From positions 372,001 to 436,000 of the forward strand of contig NC_043016.1 in the NCBI RefSeq assembly GCF_006345805.1: a DNA stretch of 64,000 bases, read 5' to 3'. Position numbers and translations under genes: made by a program. Each line of letters opens with the position of its first letter. Positions within the stretch are counted from its first letter, which is position 1. Under the pieces are notes generated by a model that had not been told where the DNA came from, ran no database searches, and saw only the letters and a list, made by a program, of their open reading frames with translations. The stretch comes from Octopus sinensis. Lineage: Eukaryota. Positions 27,269-39,714 of the stretch are shown here, one piece after another.

Positions 27269-28275
27269 TCAGCACACCACATAATTGTTATTAATCGTGA
27301 AATTAGTCAATATCTTGTTGCTCCTCCTTTGGCAGCAATGACAGCTGCTACGCGGGTCGGCATGCTGTCTATGAGTGCCTGCAGGTACTGTGCAGGGATG
27401 GCCCCTCATGCAGCAAGAAGTGCCCAAACAGCTCGTGTCGGTTCCTGTATTGCTGCACATTCAAATCCCTACCCAATCGACTCCAGAGGTTCTCAATAGG
27501 GTCAGGTCAGGTGACTGGCGCCAGTCCATGACCGTCACCCCATGGTCCTTGAAGAAACCGGTTGTGAGCTTGGCTGTGTGGGAAGGCGCGTTGTCCTGCG
27601 GGAGCACGTACTCCTCGCCACCAAAGAGGTATCCCGTACTATCTCAACGTACTTTGCTGCGTTGATGTTGCCTTCGACGGCATAGAGCTGCCCAACACCA
27701 CTGTAGCTGTGCCCCTCACACCATCCACCACCCCACCATGTTCATGGTGGGAGCAATGCAGTCTTGTTGAAGCGCTCACCCCTGCGGCGTCGCACATGGA
27801 AAGGCTTGTCACTGAAGAGACTGAATCGCGACTCGTCAGTGAACATCACTGTTCGCCACTGCTGCACGGTCATGTCTTGTGGGCACGGGCCCAGAGCAGC
27901 CGCCTCTTCTGGTTTTGGGCTGTAAGGAGCGGGCTTACGGGCGGCCCTACAGGATTTTAGACCAGCTTCCAGTAAATCTGGTCTTGACGGTGGTTGTAGA
28001 CAACTGCTTCCCTGTCATCTTTTGCATCTCCTCCGCCAGTTTGCCGGCTCGTTGCCCTTCGGTGGTACAGTGACTTTCGGATCAGCATCCGGTCCTCCCG
28101 CTGGGTCGTCAGCCTCTTCCGTCTCCTACCCTTTTTGTCAGCTGCTGATCGGTTTCCTCGTATTCTTAAATAAGCACTGAATTGTGCGCCTGGCTACACC
28201 AAGTTTTCTGGCTATTGCAACCTCTGACAGCTTCCAAGCCCCAGAGAGAGCCTTGTACCGTCTCTCCAAGGTCAT
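27269..28275 (-). pseudogene. Tc1 transposase pseudogene
   Basis: HTH (IARKLGVARRTIQ), VMFTDESRF, QDNAPSHTAK and DWRQSPDL..IENLW motifs; stop at about 28138 and several frameshifts. Confidence 0.92.
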
Positions 28276-28450
28276 GCGAGGTCTGGGCCCATCTTGGAAT
28301 GAACGATAAAAACCAGTTATTTTATTAAAACTATTCATTTGAATAATGTTATGCTATAACAAAACTGCTATGAGTTATTATTCATTAAACAAAAAAGAAA
28401 GAAAGCAGAATTTCTCACCTTATTTGATGTATACCAGAAAGTTTTGTGAA

Positions 28451-28465
28451 CCGGAAGTGACGTCA
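28451..28465. promoter_or_regulatory. ETS-CRE composite motif upstream of the Tc1 transposase
   Basis: Exact CCGGAAGTGACGTCA, about 175 nt 5' of the transposase ATG (28275, - strand). Confidence 0.55.
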
Positions 28466-29449
28466 CCAAGCAGAGTGTAGGAGAATTGTGAGGGAAAAAA
28501 AATCTTGCAAATACACAAATCAATTAACCTACGAGGTTCAAAACGTCTTACGCGATGAGAAAACTTAGTACGGTGTGATTTCGGTCCTTGCGAGGCACTA
28601 CCTATGTCTATTAAACAAAGGAAGATTTGTCTGCATCCGCACTCCAAGTTGTTGTTGCACTGCTATGTCAACATCATTAGGCTGTAGGCTCTCAAACCGC
28701 TCTGCAAACAAAGTTACATCATCGTTCTGCGCAACAGTGAACTCGCAACAAAGCAATAGTTCGAGATATGGCCTCTAGGTGACAGCAAATACCTTGAGTG
28801 AAGAGCAAATCAAGGGTGCTAATTAATTTCTGACGGTAGTGTATATATCCAAAGGTCTTGTTTCAGTTTCTGTCTGTCAAATCCACTCACAAGGCTTTGA
28901 TAGGCCCAAGTCTACAGTAGAAGACACTTGCCCAAGGTTTCACACAGTGAACCAGGTGTTTGGGAAGCAAGCTTCTTACCTCACAGCCATACCTATCTAC
29001 TTATAACCTATATATTATATATATATATATATATTATATAGATATTATATATATATATAGAGTGTACTTTTAAACACGTAAGATTTATCCGTCATAGGAT
29101 TCCTTCATGCTAGAGGGAACAGTTAAAGTCCAAATCACTATTAGGATAAAAACTTGAAAGGAATGAAAAACAAAACTTTAAAATAAAACCATTGTTCATG
29201 CTTTTGTTATGCTATAGTTGCTTTTGTTTTTCTTGTACTCACCCTGTCCGGTCTTTGTTTTCATTTCACTTATATACACTTACTTTAACTTAAGTGTACA
29301 TCATGTCAAGGCTTCATTATCTCCCCCACCCTCTCTCTCATCAACTGTGGTAGCCATGTATCACTCCTACTGCAAGACACCTATTACTATCTCTGTTCAT
29401 ACTCTAACCTCTCACCACTTGGCTCAGTAGTGCTCCCTTCCTCAGTTAA

Positions 29450-29670
29450 CCCTTTCATTACCAACCCAGCTGAAACCAGCTCTGGCTCTTTAGTATAAAT
29501 GTCTTCCTTTCATAAATTTTGAATTAAGATCTCCCACCAAACCTTAGTCACAATTTATGTTCCTAACACTAGCTGAATGATAACTAAGTTATTTTACTAA
29601 ATTCTTTGTTACATTTAAAGTAACTGAAAGAAACACAGAGCATCTCAAAATAAATACTATAACGAAAGGG
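29450..29670. mobile_element. TTAA-flanked MITE (piggyBac-like)
   Basis: TTAA|CCCTTTCATTA...TAACGAAAGGG|TTAA; related copies at about 41160-41378 and 33707-34146. Confidence 0.75.
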
Positions 29671-29948
29671 TTAAGGGTGCCTTGTCTTGCAAGTTATTTG
29701 GTGACCTTAATAGTTATATGGTGCCACATAAAAAGCACCCAGCACACTGTAAAGCAGTTGGCAATTAAAAAGACATCCAGCCATAGAAACTAAGTCAAAG
29801 GAGACAGCAGATCTTGGCATAGTCTTCTGATTTGTCAGCTTCTGTCAAACTAAACCATCCAGCCTATGCCAGCATGAAAAGAGAACATTGATGATGCTGC
29901 TGCTGATGATGATGATCCTGTTACTGTTGTTCTTGCTGTTGTGGTTAC

Positions 29949-30291
29949 TGTTTGTTTGTTTGTTTGTTAGTTGGGCGAAGTGGTCTTCGTCCCAGAGCTC
30001 GCAAGATCGCGCCTCTGTAGTGGGAGAAGTCCGAAACGTGGTCCTTTGCTATTCGTAAGACCCGCAGAAGACCCGGTTGTGTAGGAAGTCGGGGACAAGA
30101 AACAGGAAGAAAGAGTGAGAGAAAGTTGGAGCGAAAGAGTACAACAGGGGTCACCACTACCCACTGCCAGAGCCTCATGGGGCTTTTGGTGTTTTCGCTC
30201 AATAAACACACACAACTCCTGCTCTGGGAATCGAAACCGCGATCCTCCATCCGCGAGTCTGCTGCCCTAACCACTGGGTCATTGCGCATCC
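29949..30291 (-). mobile_element. SINE with family C head and a different 3' tail ending in (AAAC)n
   Basis: Shares about 200 nt of 5' sequence with 9144-9451 up to ctctttcttc, then diverges. Confidence 0.85.
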
Positions 30292-30864
30292 ACTGCTGTT
30301 GTTGTGGTTTGCTGTATAGTTGTTGTTGTTGTTCTTCTGCTACAGGTGTTTTTTACTGTTGTCACTGTTATCGCTGCCAATGCTGCTACTGCTACGTCCT
30401 CTTATGCTTGTTGTTGTTTTTTGTTTTAATACTCTATCATGTTAAAAAGATCTTCATAATTATTATCAGTTATATTTTCATCTTGGTATTTAAGGAATAA
30501 TCTCCTTAATTACTAGTGCTGCTACTACTTGTACTTATAATCAACACCAATCATCCTCTCTCTCTCTCTCTTCTAGGAGGAGATTTATTTTTCACTCTCA
30601 TCTGCTTAACACCACCAGACTCTCTTTAACACCTTCTACCCTTTAAATCTTCTCATGGGGCTTTAGACAAGAGTCACATATGTTTTTTTTTTCCTTTCTC
30701 TTTTTGTTTTAATTTTTTTTTTACATAATCCACAATGTCTATGATTTAACGCACACACACAGATGCACTTTGAGGCAGGCCATGCAACGGATTCGCAAAG
30801 CTACGACACTTGTAATCATAATGCGCTTGTTACCAACCATCATTATTAACACAACAAGCGGGGC

Positions 30865-30887
30865 AACTGCTGCTGCTGCTGCTACTA

Positions 30888-30919
<32 letters not shown>

Positions 30920-31090
30920 ACTACTACTACTGCTACTGCTGCTGCTTTTACTACTACTACTACTACTGCTACTACTACTGCTGCTACTACTACTGCTGCT
31001 ACTACTACTGCTGCTACTACTACTACTGCTACTACTACTGCTGCTATTACTACTACTGCTACTACCACTGCTACTGCCGCTATTACTGCC
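30865..31090. repeat. Compound (CTA/CTG)n microsatellite
   Basis: Alternating actactact/gctgct units. Confidence 0.95.
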
Positions 31091-31239
31091 ACCTTTAACT
31101 GCATCAATCTTATCAACACTGCCAAATGTATACGATTGGTGATGATGGGGCATCACTCACTGTAGCAACACTAAACAATTGTTTTTTTGTAACGTGTGTG
31201 TGTGTGCATATATGTAAATAAATATCTTGAAGTATATAT

Positions 31240-31575
31240 CATCATCATCATCGTTTAACATCCACTTTCCATGCTAGCATGGGTTGGACGAATGACTGAG
31301 GGTTGGCAAACCAGATGGCTGTGCCAGGCTTCAATCTTGATCTGGCAGAGTTTCTACAGCTGGACGCCCTTCCTAATGCCAACCACTCCGAGAGTGTAGT
31401 GGCTGCTTTTACATGCCACCGGCACGAGGGCCAGTTAGGTGGTACTGGCAATGACCTCGCACGAATCTTTTACACATGCCACTGGCACAGGTACCAGTAA
31501 GGCGATGCTGGTAACGATCATGCTCAAATGGTGTCTTTTACGTGCCACCTGCATGGAGGCCAGTGCCCCCGGCAC
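31240..31575 (-). mobile_element. Non-autonomous retroelement family D with (GAT)n tail, representative copy
   Basis: 3' end ccaacccatgctagcatggaaag...gttaaacgatgatgat and internal ggcattaggaagggc.tccagc; copies at about 1220, 10060, 11114, 15760, 17192, 18590, 22146 and 31580 (-), and 780-1060, 4710-4915, 9735-9872 and 29690-29915 (+). Confidence 0.85.
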
Positions 31576-33204
31576 GGATCATCATCATCATTATTTAATG
31601 TCCTCCTTCCATGTGTTTGACTTTTTGACAGGAACTTGCCAGGCAGAAGCCTGCACCAAGCTAGGCTTCTGTGTCTGTTTTGGCATGGGTTTTTTACAGC
31701 TGGATGCTCTTCCTAACACCACCCATTCTGCAGATTCATGCATACACACACAAACACACACACACACACATATAGACATATACGTACTTGAATCAGAAAG
31801 TGAAAAATGAGTGCCCAACGCTGCATTGGCGGATAGATCTTATTTACTAGTGGATTAATGAGGCAATCAGTGATTCATGTGAAAGGCATTTCCACTATTG
31901 TTCAAATGAACCACAGAGGGAATGTTGGTACTTATTTCTATTATCTATGCTTTTTTTAACTCACCAATAAAGTATATTTATCCACCAATGCAGTGTTAAG
32001 CACACATTGTCACTGTTCCATGTAGTAGTGTATAGTAGTGCTTCTGGTATTCTTAAGCACCAGACAAGCACTAGACACAAACAAGGAATAAAAACAAACC
32101 ATGTGGGTCCTGGGGTTGATTTCCTTGACTAAAGGTGGCACTCCAGCATGGCTGCAGTCAAGTGACTGAAACAAGTAAAAGAGTAGAAGAGTAAAGAGGA
32201 AAGAGAGTAGTCTGAATGCTAAAGCGTTATACATACACATATGTATATCCTTTCAGCCTTTAACCTGGCTAGATCTGGCCTCTCTCACCAAGCATACAAT
32301 GCCATTCTAAGAAATAAACAATCACATCATTGAAATATAGAAGCTGCGAGATAATGCAAAATTAATTGAAAACAATGTGAATCATCATCATCATTCATCA
32401 TTGTTCGACTGTGGTCCAGACAATGGAATTTACCATGCTACACCAGACTTCACAGTCCATCATAACAATGTGAATAAAGAAGTATAACATTTGAGAGAGT
32501 TATTTCCATGTTGGGTAGGGTTAAAAGCAGAGACTCATCTTCACCAGCTGGGAATTTAGAGAAAGTAAGAATACACATTTTAAGGATAAGAATGTCATGA
32601 AAAGATAAACCTTATCAGTTTACTATCCTGCCCACTTACCCTGTCCAATCCTTTGTAACACTTCACTTACCAACTCTACCTTAAGTGTATGCCTCCCAAC
32701 CATAAACACCACTACCTCTCTTTGTTTTTCTCCTTTCTTTTTCCAACTGGGTTAGCCAGCCATATATTTCCTCTATCTCTATCTTTCTGTTATACTTTTT
32801 AACCTCTCTTCAGTTGGCAGGGAGCCACCCTTCACTACTACTCCCTCTCCCTCGGTTGAGAGGTCTTGTTTCCTTGTTCTGCAGGCCCCAGTACTGTCAG
32901 TCATTAAGGCCACCAAATCATGGACAGATTTATGACCTTAAAGCACCATTCTGTTATCTCTCTGTCTCTCTCTCTGTCTTTTTATTTATTTTTCCCTTTC
33001 TCTCTTTAGAGTTTCTCTCTGTCCATATCTAAGATTTATTTTGTCTCTTCAGTTGGCTAGGGGTTCTTTTGATGCAGGGGTGAAGGGGTTCTTGTGTTCA
33101 TTCATATATGCAACATTAAATGTATGTCAGACAAACATATTCTGTGCATTTTTTGTATGCTTATGAATAGTTATTTACATAGTGTCTCATTAATAGCTTG
33201 TGTG

Positions 33205-33450
33205 TATACATACACACATACATACATACATACACACATACACACATACATACATACATACATACATGCATACTACATACATACATACATACATACATAC
33301 ATACATACATGCACACATGCACACATACATACATACATACACACACATGCACACATGCATGCATACATACATACATACATACATACATACACACACACAT
33401 ACATACATACATACATACACACATGCACACATGCATACATATGTACATAA
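33205..33450. repeat. (TACA)n/(CA)n microsatellite
   Basis: Direct reading; source of several spurious ORFs. Confidence 0.95.
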
Positions 33451-34554
33451 TATGAACATATGTATGTAATATGCATGTACATATGTAATACTATAAAATG
33501 TTCAGGGTCTGATAGAACCCCATCTGTGTTATCGTTTATGTATGTACATGTGTGTGCGTGTGGGCATGCGTGTATGTGTGTGTGGGGTGGGTGGGGGTGG
33601 GGTGGAATCATGTGTTTGGGGTTCAGGTGCAATGCATGTGTTTGGGTTCAACATGCAAGCTGCAATGTAAACAAAGGAAAGCTTGAAATGGTGTACTGCT
33701 GTGGTTTTAACCTTTTTGATGCCAACCCATTTAAGACCACCCTTGGGTCTTTGATAGAAGCTTCGTGTTTTGAAGTGATTTTAATAAAAATACTTCATTG
33801 AAAATTTCATGTTATTACATTTGATGGCATAAATGATACACGGGTATATTAAATGCACCCAGTTTTCTGAAGCATATATTCAGGAAAAATTGAGCACCAA
33901 GGACAGAATGGAAAGCCCAAAATATGGGAAGTCCTCTCATGTAGGATCCAGAAAGATTTCTTGTGATATATTTTTGGAAACAAAAAAATTGTATCTTATA
34001 TGCCATCAAATGCAATAATTTATATTCCAAACCCCAGCTTAACACTGAGAAGGTTATTTTGGTAAATTCTTCATTATTTTCAATTTATTTGAAACAGTGG
34101 TGGCAGTATATTCCAAGAGAAATATGCTGCCTAATAGAAGGGTTAATAACGAGATTGGTTTGAAAGTTCCAAAACGTAATCCATACAGAAGCCACTTGAA
34201 GAAGCCAAAATGTTGAGACTGTAGAGCTGGCAGAATCGTTAGCATGCCGGGCAAAATGCGTAGCCGTATTTTGTCTGCTGTTATGTTCTGAGTTCAAATT
34301 TCACCGAGGTCGACTTTGCCTTTTATCCTTTCGGGGTCAATAAATAAAGTACCAGTTACACACTGGGGTCGATGTAATCGACTTAATCCCTTTGTCTGTC
34401 CCCTCTATGTTTAGCCCCTTGTGGGCAATAAAGAAATATATACTGGTGCATTATAATGGTAATTTTTTATCTCAGAAATTCTGGTGGAAATATCTTTTAT
34501 TATTTAATTTTTCTGTATTTCAACTAATTTTAATTTTTTAATTTTTTAACCCAG

Positions 34555-34728
34555 GCTCAGATAACAAAATCATGGAATCACTACTCGCAATAGAAGCACA
34601 GCTTGATAAACTATATGCAACACCAGATCCTGAAGTACCTGAAAATGAGGTGAAGTTTATGTCCATTGTATCAGATCTAGCTGATAGAGAATTAGTCGTT
34701 ACAATTAGCTGGGCAAAACAAGTACCTG
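34555..34728 (+). CDS. ERR: ERR exon, LBD helices 1-3
   Basis: Long T-rich tract + ccag acceptor (second in-frame cag at 34558-34560), gtaagt donor; (R)SDNKIMESLLAIEAQLDKLYATPDPEVPENEVKFMSIVSDLADRELVVTISWAKQVP(G) contains the ERR motif DLADRELVVxIxWAKxxPG; phase matches both neighbours. Confidence 0.96.
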
Positions 34729-37132
34729 GTAAGTGATTGTTTTGGGTATTAATAATTTCATATTAATTATTCTATATAATGAACACTAACAACACAAAAT
34801 AATAACGACAAAAGAAAAAAAGCTAAGGTGAAGGAACCTCTATGTGGTTATGCTTCCTGCTGTTGTATATAATAGCCAAATCATTTTCACTGACATGATT
34901 GGCAATTTGCAGTGCTTAAGAAAACCTGCTTAGCTAAGTAAAAATTGAGGCCATCATGTCATGTCCACACCCGCTGCAAACAATCTGTCCCTGAGAAATT
35001 TCTCTCCCCAACAAACCCACCTTCTTAACATCTTCCTCTCTTCCCTCCACCCATATTCACCACTTGCTGCACTCTTCTCCTTTCCATCCCTTATTCTGTC
35101 TTTGTATCCTTGCAAACCTACCAACACATTATTTGTCCCTTTTTTTACCTCTTCTGCACAACATAACCTCCTAACATCTCTCTCTTTGTGTCCACTCACT
35201 ACATTCTTCCTCTCCTCCACCTCCCACTTACCTTCACAGTCTTACAAACTCACCCACCCACTCATCCAATCCCATCCCTGGTTCTGCTTCACTTATATAC
35301 ACCTCCCTCTAACTTGAGTGTAACATCTTCACCATCATCTCACTCCCTTCACTGTCACTCCTCCACTTTAAGACACTTATTTCTTACCCTCTCTTCAACT
35401 GGCGCGCACACACACACACACCTAACGGGTTTCCTACAGTTTCCATCTAGCAAGTCAACTCATGGTTTTGCTCAGCCTGGGGCTATCATAGAAGACACTT
35501 GCTCAAGATTGCACACACTGTGGGACTGAACCCGAAACCATGTGTTTTGGAAGCAAGCCTCTTATCAAGCACCCATGCCTGTGCCTATGCAAAAAAAGTT
35601 TAGGAAAAGAAAAAAAGAAAAAAAAGCTTGAAAAAAACTGTGATGTTGATATTATATTATCTATGTTGTTTATCCTTCAGCTCCTCATAATAATCCTGTT
35701 TGCTTTTAATCTTCTTCCATTTATCATAATTCTGAACATCTGGATTGCATTGTATTGGTTTCAGGAACCCCATTTTGGCTATTCATATTTGCCATCATAA
35801 TCTTTTGGTCATTGCCCACTATCCATTGCCATATGTAAGGTTAGGCAGGGAATCTGAATTGAAGATAGTGATTTTGCCATTAGAAAAATTTTTTTTTTAC
35901 GAACCCTTCCTTTTGTAAAGATCAAATGCTGGTAAAGTACTGAAATAAAAGATGTAATCAACTGGATATGTGATGTCTGAGATGGATTTTAGCTTTTCTG
36001 CTATTAAACAAATATTTTGAATTGAACATTTAATAGGTATTTAATGGAAAAGGGAGAAAGTGGGAGAAGAAATCATTAATTAAATGAATTGATTAATTAG
36101 TTTGAGATTGAACTGTATTTGACAGTTAAGTAGTAAAGATAGAGAAAGAGAGAGAGAAAGAAAGAGAATTAGAGTGAGAGGGGATGCAAAAGAGAGAGAG
36201 TGTGTCTTGGAGGTTCTGAATGTGTTTGATGTAATGACTGTCTTGTACTGAATAAACTATTTTAAAATATGGTGTTCCTCATAACTAGTAGAACTACATC
36301 TGAAAGATTCAAATGTGGTAGTACTTTTGGCTGTATCAAAATATATAGCCGTGTATATCAAAAATAATATATAGGCGGTGAGCTGGCAGAAATGTTAGCA
36401 CGCTGGGCGAAATGCATAGCTGTATTTCATCTGCCTTTACGTTCTGGGTTCAAATTCCGCCAAGGTCGACTTTGCCTTTCATCCTTTCGGGGGTCGATAA
36501 ATTAAGTACCAGTTATGCACTGGGGTCGATGTAATCGACTTAATCCGTTTGTCTGTCCTTGTTTGTCCCCTCTGTGTTTAGCTCCTTGTGGGCAGTAAAG
36601 AAATATATATCAAAATATATAGCCATCTATATAAAATATATAGATGGCTCAGACGTGGCTGTGTGGTAAAGAAGTTTGCTTCCCAACTACATGGTCCTGG
36701 GTTCAGTCCCATTGCGTGGCACTTTCTACTCTAGCCTTCGGCTGACCAAGTCTTTGTGAGCAGATTTGATTGATGGAAACTGAAAGAAGCCCGTCATATA
36801 TAATTTCCAGCATGGAAGACGGATGTTACTTGAGGATGATGAGATATATAAATATGTATGTACGTGTGTCTTTGCATCTGTGTTTGTCCCCCACTAACCG
36901 ATTGACAACCAGTGATGGTGTGTTTACATCCCCATAACTTGGCAGTTCAACAAAAGAATCCAATAGAATATGTACCAAACTTGAAAATAAGTACTGGGGT
37001 CCTTTGGTTTAACTAAAACCCTTTAAAGCAGTGCTCCAACATGGGTGCTGTCTAATGACTGAAACAAGTAAAAGAATGAAAGACTATATATATATATATA
37101 TACATATATATCATTATCATATCATCATCATT

Positions 37133-37163
<31 letters not shown>

Positions 37164-37262
37164 ATAGTGAAAATTTTATTTTCATGTGTAGAATATAAAC
37201 ATGTACATCTTTTAGAACATTGTGATTTTGTAAGATTTTGCTGGCAAATTTTTGAATTAACG

Positions 37263-37820
37263 TAATAATATAATAATGAAATTATTGTATACAGTGCTCA
37301 GGTGCACCACAATTTGTCAAAAGTGCATATAAAGCACATGCAGTAATGTAGAAATGCCTGGAAAGTGAATAGTGTATGAGTCAGATACATGCTTGCGTGT
37401 GTATGGAGGGGAGAAAATCAGGTGTAGTGTTGGCGAATCTCAGAAAGCATGGAAGTTTTGAAGGATGCAGTGCTCCGACAACTAACAACTGATGCCGGCA
37501 GTTTGTTCCATGCTTCAGCATTTCTAACGTGAAAAAATGTTTCCGAAAGTCATGGGAGCTGTGCTGTTTTTCTGACTTTGTAAACATGTCCACGGGTGTT
37601 AGACAGGTGGAGTTTGAAAAGGTGCTCAGAGTTATTGTTTGTAAGATGGTGAATAATTTTATGGGTGTCTGCCAAGTCAGCTGCCAGACATTGGAGTTTC
37701 AATGTATCCATGCCCAGGGAATTAAGGCGTTCAGAATATGGCAAATGCCTAATGGAGGGTATTCTCTTGGCTGCATGTCGCTGAACAACTTCCAGACAAT
37801 TAATATCCTGGGTAAATAAG
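37263..37820 (-). mobile_element. CR1-clade LINE 3' fragment
   Basis: PYSERLNSLGMDTL, NTRGHVYKV, RKHFFTL..AEAWNKLPASVV; (ATT)n tail; the same 3' terminus recurs at about 25681-25724. Confidence 0.85.
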
Positions 37821-37924
37821 CATTTACATGAAAGAAAATTACCAGAGAAATTTCATCTAATTCTTCCAAATTTTTCTGTTAAAACTGTATTGAAATCATT
37901 TGTGGGTGATTTTTTTATTTATCC

Positions 37925-39240
37925 CAGCAACTGGTCACACACCACAAGGTTTAATGGAACCTACTGAAGCAAGCTAGCATTCTTGCAGCACTACCACAGG
38001 TGATGTTGAGGCTAAGGTTTTAGGAAGGCCAAGCACCCTCACGGGCATTACCTGACACCTTGGTGTGGTGAGCTGCCAACATTGAGAAGAACTTCATGGT
38101 TAGTGGCACTGTCCCTCCGAACATCTCAAACATCACTGGTTGGAAGAGATAGTTCACCGTCAGGTCCGATACTTTAGGGTTTTCTTCTGTTTGGCTATGG
38201 AAGCAGTGACTCTTCCATTAACTGCAGCATCCATGATGTGAGAGGGAGCAAAGAAGCTGCAGACTGTGGTGTCCCAAATGAGGCACCTCCCTCTAACCCA
38301 GGGACAGAGAGTAGGACCATCTGGTCTCTTTCCATCACTTCTGTATAACCCCAATGGCGCCTGAACTGATGGGATTTAAGGCGGCGAGCTGGCAGAAACG
38401 TTAGCACGCCGGGCAAAATGCGTAGCTGTATTTCGTCTGCCATTACGTTCTGAGTTCAAATTTCACCGAGGTCGACTTTGCCTTTCATCCCTTTGGGATT
38501 GATAAATTAAGTAGCAGTTATTCGCACTGGGGTCAATATAATCGACTTAATCCATTTGTCTGTCCTTGTTTGTCCTCTCTGTGTTTAGCCCCTATTTCTT
38601 TACTACCCACAAGGGGCTAAACACAGAAAGAAATAAGGATATTAATCTGAGTCAGGGTCTGCTTAATGATTAGGTTTAGCAGCGTGTGACAAGCGAAGTG
38701 ACCAGCATTTAGGTGGCTATAGGCAGACTGTGAAAACTTGTGGAGTCGAGGGACCTAGCACAGCAGCATCTCAGTCCCTTACAGACGTCAGCTCCCACTC
38801 TGAGTGCAGTGGAGATGTGGGATTCATCAAGACTGACTAGACTCCAATGATGGCCTCAGGCAAGGCATCAATCCAGTCCCCTGAGAATTTTACACTAGCT
38901 GAAAGTTGGCGACACCTTGAAAATTGATCGGATTCATAAAGGAGAGAGTTGAAAGTGGGACCTGAATGCAGATTGACCCCATAATCTCTATTTCTCTTTC
39001 TATCCTCCACTGTAACTGGAACTGACAAACCCACTGTGATATAAAGCTTCATTCATCTCCCTGTTGGAATTAGTCCATGCTGGAGAGGAGAGGATGTTGC
39101 CTGCCAAAGGGGAGCAAGTGTGGATGGAGAAAAGAAGACAGCAAAGAGATAAAGACAAGCACTTGCGCAGACCTTGACCCTAAACTGTTTGGGCAAAGCA
39201 GGTTGGTCGTGGGAGTCTGGGGAGAGTCTGACATTGACCT
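37925..39240 (-). mobile_element. CRE-like RLE non-LTR retrotransposon remnant, split by a SINE
   Basis: GLYRSDGKRPDGPTLCPWVRGRCLIWDTT...KKTLKY (PD..D..K restriction-like endonuclease) and SGDWIDALP. Confidence 0.8.
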
Positions 39241-39306
39241 AGCATTCACGTTTCTTATGTATATATACAGAGAGTGAGAGAGAAAGATACGTATATACAC
39301 GCATGC

Positions 39307-39348
<42 letters not shown>

Positions 39349-39669
39349 TATATATATAGCTACTGTTAAGAGCAAAGTTTATCAACAATGGAATGGCGAA
39401 AGGCAGTAAACGAAACACAAAAATAGATTAAAGATTGTGTACCTGCTCTTTTTCATGTTCATGTGTGGGCGTGTGCTTACATATATGCGTTATTGTGACA
39501 GCACAGAGAGAGAGAGAAGAAAGAGAGAGAGAGAGAGAGGGGCTCAATAATGTTATCTTAGATCGCAATGATAGGGGAGCTAACTCTCCGCTGTGTTATG
39601 ATATTGATGTTTCTCCTGTTGATTTTGAGATAGTTTTTCCATAACAGCTTATGAAACTATTCACACACG

Positions 39670-39714
<45 letters not shown>

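Larger units (their letters stand above)
27151..28841 (-). mobile_element. Full-length decayed Tc1-family DNA transposon (1691 bp)
   Basis: TIRs CACTTGCGTCGGAAATTATTAGCAC / GTGCTAATTAATTTCTGACGGTAGTG, TA on both sides; internal transposase pseudogene. Confidence 0.93.

Noticed and set aside
29070-29115. Possible degenerate hammerhead on the minus strand (atgaagg-aatcc...ggat-aaat)
   Set aside because: Only a stem II candidate is recognisable; both core strands are defective.
29702-32941. TNAAGGTCA ERR elements at 29702-29710 and 32933-32941 (minus strand)
   Set aside because: About two matches are expected by chance in 64 kb; one lies inside a repeat.
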